A DNA stretch of 63,483 bases, the filler included, from Deltaproteobacteria bacterium (lineage in GTDB: Bacteria > JAUYMQ01), in NCBI GenBank assembly GCA_030698575.1. It is 10 parts of 10 records of this genome, joined end to end, with 100 filler letters (N's around TTAATTAATTAA, not from the genome) between each part and the next. Parts side by side here need not be neighbours in the genome. Positions count along the whole stretch, not along the records: positions 16,310 to 37,931 come from JAUYMQ010000169.1; 9 more parts are not named here. One strand, 5' to 3'. The notes under the pieces are model-generated. The model did not search any database. It saw nothing but the letters and a program-made list of their open reading frames with translations, and was not told the origin of the DNA. The translations under genes and the position numbers were made by a program. Positions 18,555 through 26,506 of the stretch are shown in pieces. Each line of letters starts with the position of its first letter. The stretch's first letter is position 1.

Positions 18555-19570
18555 CGGGCATCCTCCCCGGCGTGAAGCGCCAGCGCGCCGCGCACGCGCC
18601 CGGTGAGCGAGCGGACCAGCGACGCGGGTTTGACGATCACGGCCTCGGGGCCGAAGGCGAGCACCCAGTCGACGAGCGCCTCGGGGTTCGACGCCGAGAC
18701 GGTAAGACGACCGCCGCCTCCCGGCAGCGACTCGAACTTGCCGAGCCCCTCATGGCTCTTCTCGATCTGCCAGGCCACCGTCGGCGTGAAATCGATCTGC
18801 ACCGCCCGGGCAGCGCCGCCGTCCCAGAGCCAGGGGGGCGGCACGCGGTGCCCGCGAAGATCGAAGTCCTGCGGCAGCTCGAAGTCGGGGCGGGAGGCGT
18901 TGCGCGGGTTCACCTGCACGTCGCGGAAGCGCTCGACCAGAAAAGTCCGCTCGGCTTTCCGCAGGTGGCACCATCCGATGACCGACCAGTGCCCCGATCG
19001 GTAGACGAGCCCGTAAGGGTTGATGGCGCGGTCGGCGACGCGGTCGCTATGCAGCGTGTGGTAGCGGCACCGGAGCGTCTTGCGGCGTTCGATCCCGTCG
19101 TAGATGCGCGCCAGCCATTCGCGCTGCTCGGGATTGGAGGCCTCGTCGGGCATTCGCACAAACGGCGCGCCGGCGGCTCCCTCCTCGGGATCGACCTGCC
19201 GGTCGTAGAGGATCTTGCGCAGCGCCTCGTCGGTCTGCCGCGCGAGCGGGAAATGATCGATCTGCCGCGCGACGCGCGAGAGGAGCGCGAGCGCCAGCAC
19301 CTCATCTTCCTCGAGATCGATCGGTGGGAGGAAGGATTCCTCGGCGTCGATGCGGTAGGCGGACGACTCGGTCTCCTCGTCGCGGACCACCTCGACGGCG
19401 ATGCCGAGCTGGCGCAGCGTGTCCTTGTCGCGCTCGAACTTGCGCCGGCTAGACTCCTCGTTCTCGGCCTGGTAGTCGGGAAAGGTCTCCCGCAGCTCGC
19501 CGAGGGTCACGGGGCGTGCCCCGGCCATGAGGAAGTAGACGAGTTCGAGCAGGCGCTGGGTGCGGTTCAT
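18551..19570 (-). CDS. WYL-domain transcriptional regulator, PafB-like
   Basis: MNRTQRLLELV...RRKFERDKDTLRQLGI matches the PafB N-terminus; WYL domain (INPYGL...WSVIGWCHLRKAERTFLVERF); 4-nt overlap with the pafC-like gene. Confidence 0.88.
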   Translation of the reverse strand: MNRTQRLLELVYFLMAGARPVTLGELRETFPDYQAENEESSRRKFERDKDTLRQLGIAVEVVRDEETESSAYRIDAEESFLPPIDLEEDEVLALALLSRVARQIDHFPLARQTDEALRKILYDRQVDPEEGAAGAPFVRMPDEASNPEQREWLARIYDGIERRKTLRCRYHTLHSDRVADRAINPYGLVYRSGHWSVIGWCHLRKAERTFLVERFRDVQVNPRNASRPDFELPQDFDLRGHRVPPPWLWDGGAARAVQIDFTPTVAWQIEKSHEGLGKFESLPGGGGRLTVSASNPEALVDWVLAFGPEAVIVKPASLVRSLTGRVRGALALHAGEDAR

Positions 19571-19655
19571 GGGTGGCGGGGCTCCCGGCCCTCGAAGGGA
19601 AAGCACTAAAACGGAAAAGCGGGGCGCCGCCCGGCCAGGCGCGGCATTCCCCAAG

Positions 19656-19685
19656 ATACTACGTGCTATCACGGCCCTGTGACAG
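19656..19685 (-). promoter_or_regulatory. Candidate promoter/operator of the WYL operon
   Basis: Minus strand CTGTCA-N18-TAGTAT, overlapped by the imperfect palindrome TATCAC-N6-GTGACA (19667-19684). Confidence 0.35.
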
Positions 19686-19696
19686 CCCCCGCCGCC

Positions 19697-19739
19697 GGGG
19701 GACTGGTTCGTCGGGCCTCCGGCCCTCCTCGCAATGACA
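19697..19739. repeat. REP-like palindromic element, half copy
   Basis: ggggactggttcgtcgg...cctcgcaatgaca; related to the copies at 25782, 33932 and 43233. Confidence 0.75.
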
Positions 19740-19847
19740 TGCGGGGGCCGGCCCCAGGCCCGACGCGCAGTCGCATTGCCCGCGAGGCCGTGATTGAGGT
19801 AAATTCGGGGCGCTCTCTCAAGGGGACCGGGAGCAGAAAAGGGAGCA

Positions 19848-20666
19848 ATGCAGCCGTTCAAGGTGGTGACCTTCAACATCCTCGGCGAATGGGACGAACG
19901 GGAAGGCGCGGCCTGGGAGGAGCGCGAGGCCGGCGTCGCCGCGACGATCCAGGATGCAGGTCCCGATCTCGTGGGCCTGCAGGAGGTCACCTATAACCAG
20001 CGGGCCGCTCTCGACGTCCGGCTGGCCGTCCTTCGTCGGGTTCCCCTCCTGGAGCATGCGCGCCAGATCATTCCGCACACCGATGATCCCCTGAACACCA
20101 TTCTCTACAATCCCGAGCGGTTCCGCCTGGAAGAGCACGGCGTTTTCTGGCTCGGCCTCGACCCCGCCCGCCCCAGCCGCGACTGGGAAGCGGCCTTCCC
20201 CCGATGCGCGGCCTGGGCGCGCATGGTGGATCTCACCGATCGATCGCCGCTACTCTTCGTCTCGACTCATTTCGATCACGACTCGCTGCTGGCCCGCAGC
20301 GAAAGCGCCGAGCTCATTCTCGGTTTCCTTGAACGGCGGGCTCCCCGCGGTGCGGACACGACGCCCGCGATCGTCGTGGGGGATTTCAACTCCGACGCCT
20401 CGCTTGATCTCCACCGCCGCATGAAGCAGGGACCGCCGCCCCTCCTCGACGCCTGGGAGGAGACGAACGGCGGCCCGGGCGCGCCCTACGAGGACGGCAC
20501 CTATCACGACTTCACGGGAAAGGCCCTCACCGAGGTGGGACGGATCGACTGGATTTTCTTCAGCGGCCCACTAAGGCCCGTAGTCGTGCGGCGCATTGAG
20601 GCGGGCATCGGCGGGCGGTACCCGAGCGACCACTTCCCTCTCGCGGCAACGTTCCGCCGCGCCTGA
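19848..20666 (+). CDS. Endonuclease/exonuclease/phosphatase (EEP) family protein
   Basis: VTFNI, GLQEV, STHFD, GDFNS, RIDWIF and PSDHFP motifs. Confidence 0.9.
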   Translation: MQPFKVVTFNILGEWDEREGAAWEEREAGVAATIQDAGPDLVGLQEVTYNQRAALDVRLAVLRRVPLLEHARQIIPHTDDPLNTILYNPERFRLEEHGVFWLGLDPARPSRDWEAAFPRCAAWARMVDLTDRSPLLFVSTHFDHDSLLARSESAELILGFLERRAPRGADTTPAIVVGDFNSDASLDLHRRMKQGPPPLLDAWEETNGGPGAPYEDGTYHDFTGKALTEVGRIDWIFFSGPLRPVVVRRIEAGIGGRYPSDHFPLAATFRRA

Positions 20667-20693
20667 ACCGCGCCCCATCGGGCGGCGCGACTC

Positions 20694-21941
20694 TCAGTCG
20701 GAGAGCCGCGAGCGCCGCTGCGCCCGCAGGTGCTCGTACAGATCCTGCACGATGAGCCGCACCTTCTCAGCAAGCCGCGAGACGATCTCCTCGTCTTCCG
20801 CCGCCTCCGGCGGGTAGTCGGCTGTCGAGATGGGTTTCCCGAAGTCGATGAAGCACTTGACGGGCGGCGGCACGAGGCCCAGCAAGCCGAGCCAGGGGAA
20901 GGTGGGCGTGATCGGCAGATCGGGCAGGCCGAGCCGTTGCGCGAGCCCGGTCAGGTTGAACAGCACCGGGTGGAGCTCCTCGAACCCCTGCACCGCCACC
21001 GGGACGATGGGCGTCCCCGTCAGAATTGCGATGCGGGCAAACCCGCGCGTGAATGTTCCGACGCGCATCCGCTCCCGGAAGGGCTTCAGCGCCCCCTTCG
21101 CGCCTTCCGGAAACACCAGCACCGCCTCCTCTCGCTGAAGCAGCCTGAGCGCGTTCTCCGGGCATCCGTACACCTGGCCCGTGCGCGCGAAAAAAACGTT
21201 CAGTCCGGGAATCTTCGTCGTGAAGCGATCCACCAGCGCCCGCACCTCGCGCCGGGCGGGATGCTCCGTCTGCACGGCCACCTCGATCATCGCCGCGTCG
21301 AGCACCATCCAGTTCGCATGGTTCGACACCAGGAGCGTCCGCCCCGTGGAGGGGACGTGTTCGAGACCGCGGGTCTCCACACGGAGCCACTTCCGGTAGA
21401 TCAGTTCGAAGAAGCGCTGGACGGCCGCCTCGTAGCCGGCGTCGCGGCCAAAGTCGTCGATCTCGGGCTCGAGGTCGTGAGGCACGAGCCCGAACCGGCG
21501 GGCGATGCGCTCGACGCGGGTCTCGGTCAGCCGCGGGCGCTTGACGGGAAAGAGCTTGTAGTCGGGCTGCAGCGGCGGCACCGGCGATTCGACCCAGGGC
21601 TTCCGCCCTTCCTCTTGCCCGCTGCGAAGCTTCAGCGCGTGACGGCCCCGATCCCAGAGCCCTGCCATGTTGAGCGATCCGTCCGCGCGGACGATCGGCC
21701 GGAGCGCGGGCACCGGCGGCGCATGAGAAGCGTCGCTTTCCGGTGACGGCGAGAGCAATGCGCCAGCTTCCTCAGCGGCGGCCGCGGGTGCGGCGGTCCC
21801 GGCCGCAACGGCAGCAGCGCTCGCCGGCGCTGCGTAGATCCGCGCCGCGCGCACGTAGGCGTTCATCCCCCCGCTGCGATCGAATGGATCGTCACCGAGG
21901 ATCTCCCCGGCGTTGTTGCGAGTGAACTCTCGGGTTTTCAT
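20694..21941 (-). CDS. Lysophospholipid/glycerol acyltransferase (PlsC-like) with N-terminal extension
   Basis: LLVSNHANWMVLD, VFPEG, GFARIA...PIVPV and DDFGRD motifs. Start codon uncertain. Confidence 0.8.
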   Translation of the reverse strand: MKTREFTRNNAGEILGDDPFDRSGGMNAYVRAARIYAAPASAAAVAAGTAAPAAAAEEAGALLSPSPESDASHAPPVPALRPIVRADGSLNMAGLWDRGRHALKLRSGQEEGRKPWVESPVPPLQPDYKLFPVKRPRLTETRVERIARRFGLVPHDLEPEIDDFGRDAGYEAAVQRFFELIYRKWLRVETRGLEHVPSTGRTLLVSNHANWMVLDAAMIEVAVQTEHPARREVRALVDRFTTKIPGLNVFFARTGQVYGCPENALRLLQREEAVLVFPEGAKGALKPFRERMRVGTFTRGFARIAILTGTPIVPVAVQGFEELHPVLFNLTGLAQRLGLPDLPITPTFPWLGLLGLVPPPVKCFIDFGKPISTADYPPEAAEDEEIVSRLAEKVRLIVQDLYEHLRAQRRSRLSD

Positions 21942-22385
21942 GATCGGTCCGGGCGCGCAAGTTTGCGCCAGCAGGGAACGACGCAGCGGGGATCAACGCG
22001 ACGACGCGTCGCGCGCGGCGATCCCGGGACGGCCGCGTAGCGCTTCGAAAATCGGTGCAAGATTGGTACCAGTCGAGGAGGCGAGGAGTCCGGTGTCATC
22101 CATCCTAGCAGTGTTCCCTTCCCTGTAAAGCTGAAAAGCGCCGCGCCGTGCAGTATCGCGGCGCGCTGCCCCCCGGGACGGCGCCGCCTCCAGTGACACC
22201 GCAATGCGCCGGTGCGAGGGCGCCGGCGCAGTTACGAAATTGTGACGCCGGATTACAGAAATCAGCGTCGCCGCGGGGCCTTCTCGCCGCCCTGTCCGGC
22301 GATGTTTATCCGCGCCGGCCCTTTTTCCCTTCAAATCCGCGCCTCTGCGAAACCGCTGCAAGACCGACGACGGGGTTCCCCCTCA

Positions 22386-22401
22386 CGGCACGCCGGTTGC
22401 A
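22386..22401 (+). promoter_or_regulatory. Sigma54 (-24/-12) promoter upstream of the S8 protease
   Basis: CGGCACGCCGGTTGCA versus consensus TGGCACGNNNNTTGCW; about 90 bp before the ATG. Confidence 0.7.
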
Positions 22402-22490
22402 CAACCCTTTCCTGACTTTCGTCCGGAAACCCATAGCTCCCGCGCTACGCGAGCGCGCCCGGCAGTCGCCGGGATGGGACAGGAGAGGGA

Positions 22491-24707
22491 ATGCACCCGA
22501 GATCACGCCGCACGCACACCGCTGTCCTGGTTCGCCTCGTCGTCTGCGCGCTCTTCCTGGGCGTCGCTCCCTTCGCGTTTCCGGTCTCCGTCGAGGCGAG
22601 ACAGCGCGTGGAGATTCCCGATCGGCTGATCCTGCAGGTCCGTCCCGGCGCGCTGGCGGCCGACGTGCAGGGGGAGATCAACGGGCAGGGCGGCCGTGTT
22701 GTCGGGCGCAGCGATCAGATCGGGATCCTGGTCGTCGAGATGCCGAAGGGACACGGACCTTCGGCCCGGGCGTTGCTCGCGCGCAGCAAGCGGTTCAAGT
22801 TCGTCGAACCCGATGCGCTGCTCGAACCCACATTCGTGCCCAACGATCCCAACGTCGCGAACGCCTGGCACCTCGGCGTGATGGATCTCTTCACCGCGTG
22901 GAACACGACCCAGGGATCGGCCAGCACGCCGATCGCCATTCTCGACAGCGGCGTCGACCCGACGCACCCCGATCTGGCGTCGAAGCTGGTTCCGGGACGG
23001 AATACCTACGAGAACAACTCGAACACGACCGACCTGACGGGCCACGGCACGAGCGTTGCCGGAAGCGCGGCCGCCATCGGGAACAACGGGCTCGGCGTGG
23101 TGGGCGTGGCCTACGCCAATCCCATCATGCCCATTCGCGTCACCAACGCGAACGGCTGGGGCGTCTCCTCGGCGATCGTGAGCGGTCTCACGTGGGCGGC
23201 GGACAACGGCGCCAGGGTCGCGAACCTCTCCTTCGCGGGAATGCATTCGTCGTCGTCCATCGGCGCCGCGGCCCAGTATTTCAGGAGCAAGGGGGGGATC
23301 GTCACCGCGTCGGCGGGCAACTACGGGACGGATGACGGCATGCCGGAGAACTCGAACATCCTCTCCGTCTCGGCCACCGGAAGCAACGACGTGATCGCCT
23401 CCTGGTCGAGCTTCGGGAGCTACGTCGACGTTTCCGCGCCGGGGTCCGGCATCTGGGCGACGACCAACGGGGGGGGCTACGGAGCGGTTTCGGGAACTTC
23501 GTTCTCAGCGCCGGTCGCAGCGGGCGTGGTGGCGCTCATCTTCGCCGTCAATCCCGCCCTCACGCCCCAGGCAGCCGAACTAATTCTCGAGCAGAGCGCC
23601 GATGATCTGGGAACGGCGGGCTACGACACGAAGTACGGCTGGGGAAGGGTGAACGCCGGCACCGCGGTGTTCAACGCCGGCGGTGGTGTGCCGCCGCCGC
23701 CGCCCGATACGACGGCGCCCGTGACCACGATCACTGCGCCCGCGCACGGCGCGGTCGTCACCGGAAACGTTGCGATCTCGGCAACGGCGGTCGATGCCGT
23801 GGGTGTCACCGAGGTCCGCTTCTACGCCGACGGGCAGCTCCTCGCGGTGGACACCACCTCGCCCTACAGCGCGCTCTGGAACAGCGCCGCCACCACGGAC
23901 GGCGGGCACCAGCTCCTCGCCGAGGGTTACGACGCCGCCCAGAACCGGGGGAGTTCGCAGACGGTTTCGGTGAACGTGCAGAACACGGTTCCCGACACCA
24001 CCCCTCCGTCCGTGCAGATCAACAACCCCTCAAGCGGCAGCGTGCTCTCCGGAACCGTCCAGATCGCGGCGGCCGGGAGCGACAATGACGCCGTCGCCGA
24101 GATCCAGATTTATGTCAACGGCGAGATGAGCTGGTCCGGGCCGGGGAGCAGCCTGGTCGTCAACACCGACACCACGGGAACGCCTGACGGGTCCTACCAG
24201 CTCCAGGCCCGGGCGCTCGATCCCGCCGGGAACGTCGGTGTGTCGGGCATGGTGTCGGTGACGGTGTCGAACGCGGCGCCCCCGCCACCTCCACCGCCTC
24301 CACCTCCGCCGCCGCCGCCCGGGGAGCCCACGGTGATTTTCCTCACGCCCCTGGACGGCGACTCGGTGCACCCGCGGAAGCAGACCTTCACGGTGGATGC
24401 CTCGAGCCCGAACGGGGTGAGCTACGTGCAGTTCCTCGTCGACGGGGTAGCGCAGAAGAAGAAAGACACGAGCGCGCCCTACGCACTGCTCTTGGCGACC
24501 AGCAAGTGGAGCGCCGGCACGCATGTCATCACCGCGGTTGCCGTCGACAAAGCGGGACAGATGGCGGAAGCGTCGATCACCATCACACGGCCGCTCTCGC
24601 TGAAAGAAATCCAGAACGAGCTCAAGAAACAGCAGAAGCTTCTGGAGAAGCTCGCGAAGGAGGCCGCCAAGGCGGCGAAGGAGCAAGAGGAGGCCGGGAG
24701 CGGTTAG
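22491..24707 (+). CDS. Secreted subtilisin-family (S8) serine protease with three Ig-like (Big) domains
   Basis: Signal peptide; catalytic triad AILDSG / GHGT / GTSFSAP; DTTAP and DTTPP Ig-domain starts; poly-Pro linkers. Confidence 0.93.
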   Translation: MHPRSRRTHTAVLVRLVVCALFLGVAPFAFPVSVEARQRVEIPDRLILQVRPGALAADVQGEINGQGGRVVGRSDQIGILVVEMPKGHGPSARALLARSKRFKFVEPDALLEPTFVPNDPNVANAWHLGVMDLFTAWNTTQGSASTPIAILDSGVDPTHPDLASKLVPGRNTYENNSNTTDLTGHGTSVAGSAAAIGNNGLGVVGVAYANPIMPIRVTNANGWGVSSAIVSGLTWAADNGARVANLSFAGMHSSSSIGAAAQYFRSKGGIVTASAGNYGTDDGMPENSNILSVSATGSNDVIASWSSFGSYVDVSAPGSGIWATTNGGGYGAVSGTSFSAPVAAGVVALIFAVNPALTPQAAELILEQSADDLGTAGYDTKYGWGRVNAGTAVFNAGGGVPPPPPDTTAPVTTITAPAHGAVVTGNVAISATAVDAVGVTEVRFYADGQLLAVDTTSPYSALWNSAATTDGGHQLLAEGYDAAQNRGSSQTVSVNVQNTVPDTTPPSVQINNPSSGSVLSGTVQIAAAGSDNDAVAEIQIYVNGEMSWSGPGSSLVVNTDTTGTPDGSYQLQARALDPAGNVGVSGMVSVTVSNAAPPPPPPPPPPPPPPGEPTVIFLTPLDGDSVHPRKQTFTVDASSPNGVSYVQFLVDGVAQKKKDTSAPYALLLATSKWSAGTHVITAVAVDKAGQMAEASITITRPLSLKEIQNELKKQQKLLEKLAKEAAKAAKEQEEAGSG

Positions 24708-24731
24708 TCCATCGGAAAGTGTAGGGGGAGG

Positions 24732-24763
24732 GCCCCGGTCCGTCGCGGACCGGGGCTTTTTTT
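24732..24763 (+). terminator. Rho-independent terminator
   Basis: gccccggtccg-tcg-cggaccggggc perfect stem followed by seven T. Confidence 0.9.
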
Positions 24764-24791
24764 CGCGCCGTCACTGGCGCCCGGAGCCGCT

Positions 24792-25235
24792 TCAGGGGAG
24801 CAGCGTGTACCCCATAACGGCCACCGCAAGGGCGATGATCGCGCCGAGGATCACGCAGAAGGCGTGGTTGGAGTAGTCCTTCGGCTTCAGGTTCTGCCCG
24901 CGCAGCAGCCGCCCACCGTAGTAGGCGCCAAGCCAGAATAGCCCCAGCACGATCGTTCCGAAGTATGCGTGCGCGGTCCGGAACACGGGCTCGTCGCGCA
25001 CGAAGGCCATCGTCGCAATTCCGAGCGCGTAGCCGGTGCTGATGAGGCCGAGAAAGGTGATGGCCACCTTGAGGTGGAGCCGCTGGAGCCGGAGCCGGGC
25101 CTCCCGCTCCCACGGGTGAGCGCGCTCGCGCCCCAGGCGGAGTCCGAGCGAAAGCGCGACGACCATCAGGAGGAGCGACGCCGTCTGCCAGACCGGGTGG
25201 AGGTAGAGGAGGAGGTTGACTGGTTCGCCGCCCAT
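24792..25235 (-). CDS. Membrane protein, DUF4079-like (His-containing, about four TM segments)
   Basis: YLHPVWQ, RLHLK, TAHAYFG and NHAF histidines in hydrophobic helices. Confidence 0.65.
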   Translation of the reverse strand: MGGEPVNLLLYLHPVWQTASLLLMVVALSLGLRLGRERAHPWEREARLRLQRLHLKVAITFLGLISTGYALGIATMAFVRDEPVFRTAHAYFGTIVLGLFWLGAYYGGRLLRGQNLKPKDYSNHAFCVILGAIIALAVAVMGYTLLP

Positions 25236-25245
25236 GGCGCGCGGC

Positions 25246-25668
25246 TTATTGCACGTTGCTGGGTTGCGGGGGCGCGACGCCCGCTGGCAAGGCGCCGGGC
25301 GAGGAGAGGGGAATGGATCCCCGCGACCGTTCGGTTTCATCCGGCGTGGGCGCGGCCGGAACGAGGGGAGGCGCGGTCAGCGCGGGCGCGACGCCCGGAG
25401 CCTCGTAACCGCCCGGAACCGGGGCAGGCGCCACCGGCGCGAAGGGTTCTACCGTCACCGCGATGGTCTCTTCCTCGATGAAGGCGTCGCTATCGAAGGA
25501 CTCGAAAATCTCCGTCGCGGGCTTGGGCGCGGGCGGTCGCGGACCCGACTCGCTGCTGGTGCAGCCGCCAGGGCCGAAGGCCACCAGCGTCACGAACAGG
25601 AGCGCCAGGGGCGACCCCGGAATCAGCCTGGGGACGAGAGCGTGCCACATCAGGGAACGGCGCATCAT
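25246..25668 (-). CDS. Hypothetical Pro-rich exported protein or lipoprotein
   Basis: Hydrophobic stretch ending GGC, then Pro/Ala-rich sequence. Start uncertain. Confidence 0.5.
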   Translation of the reverse strand: MMRRSLMWHALVPRLIPGSPLALLFVTLVAFGPGGCTSSESGPRPPAPKPATEIFESFDSDAFIEEETIAVTVEPFAPVAPAPVPGGYEAPGVAPALTAPPLVPAAPTPDETERSRGSIPLSSPGALPAGVAPPQPSNVQ

Positions 25669-25781
25669 CGGGCGGAACCTCCTTGCTCTCACGGGGCCTC
25701 CTGTCGGGCCTGGCGCCGATCGGACGCCAGAAGCGTCTTTAACAAGAATCGCCGCCCGATACAAAGGGAAAACGGGCTGCC

Positions 25782-25857
25782 GGGGGATTGCTTCGTCGGT
25801 TCTTCCAATACCTTCTCGGCCCGCGTTACGCGCGGGACCTCGGGCCTCGCAATGACA
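25782..25857. repeat. REP-like palindromic element with an expanded interior
   Basis: gggggattgcttcgtcgg...cctcgcaatgaca. Confidence 0.75.
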
Positions 25858-25867
25858 GCCGGGAGGC

Positions 25868-26506
25868 ATGGACGGAAAAGCGGAGCTATGCAATCATGCC
25901 TGCATGCGGCTGGCGATGCACCCGGGGGGGCGCCTTCCTCTCGCCAATCTCCTGATTCCTTTGCTGCTTGCGGCTTCGCTGCCCCTGGCGGGCTGCGCCA
26001 CGAGCGCCGACGAATACTATGCGCTGGGTGTGAACGAACTCGCCGCCGGCCGGTTGAACGATAGTTCCGCTGCCTTCCACCGCACCATCGAACTCCAACC
26101 CACGCACGGTACCGCCTATCTCGGTCTGGGGAAGATCTACCTCGCCGAGGAGAAATGGTCCACCGCCGCCAACGCGCTCCGCGAGGCGGAGCGTATTGAT
26201 CCATCCCTCGGAAAAGAAATCGAGCCGCTGCTCATCCAGGCGCTCTACGAGGACGCGCTTTACGAGGTGAAACTCGGCAAGCGGCGCGAGGCCATCCTCT
26301 CCTTTGGCGCGCTTTACGAACGCGCGCCGAACTACCCGGGGCTTCGTGAGGACTATGTCGCCGCCCTTCTGCAGGAGGGGCAGAAAGCGATGATCGAGGA
26401 TCGGTACATCGAGGGCGTGGTCGCTCTCAAAAAGGTCCTCGAGGTGGACCCCGCGAACAGGACGGCGCTCACCTTGCTCAAGCAGGCGCGGTTCTCAGTC
26501 CACTAA
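25868..26506 (+). CDS. TPR-repeat lipoprotein
   Basis: Lipobox LAGC; TPR patterns AYLGLGKIY and KVLEVDPAN. Start could be 25916. Confidence 0.8.
   Translation: MDGKAELCNHACMRLAMHPGGRLPLANLLIPLLLAASLPLAGCATSADEYYALGVNELAAGRLNDSSAAFHRTIELQPTHGTAYLGLGKIYLAEEKWSTAANALREAERIDPSLGKEIEPLLIQALYEDALYEVKLGKRREAILSFGALYERAPNYPGLREDYVAALLQEGQKAMIEDRYIEGVVALKKVLEVDPANRTALTLLKQARFSVH

Noticed and set aside
22330-22405. Possible c-di-GMP riboswitch upstream of the S8 protease
   Set aside because: The GEMM core motifs are missing; the sigma54 box explains the conserved-looking bases.
24278-24321. CCG/CCT/CCA triplet run as a DNA repeat element
   Set aside because: It encodes the poly-proline linker of the protease.
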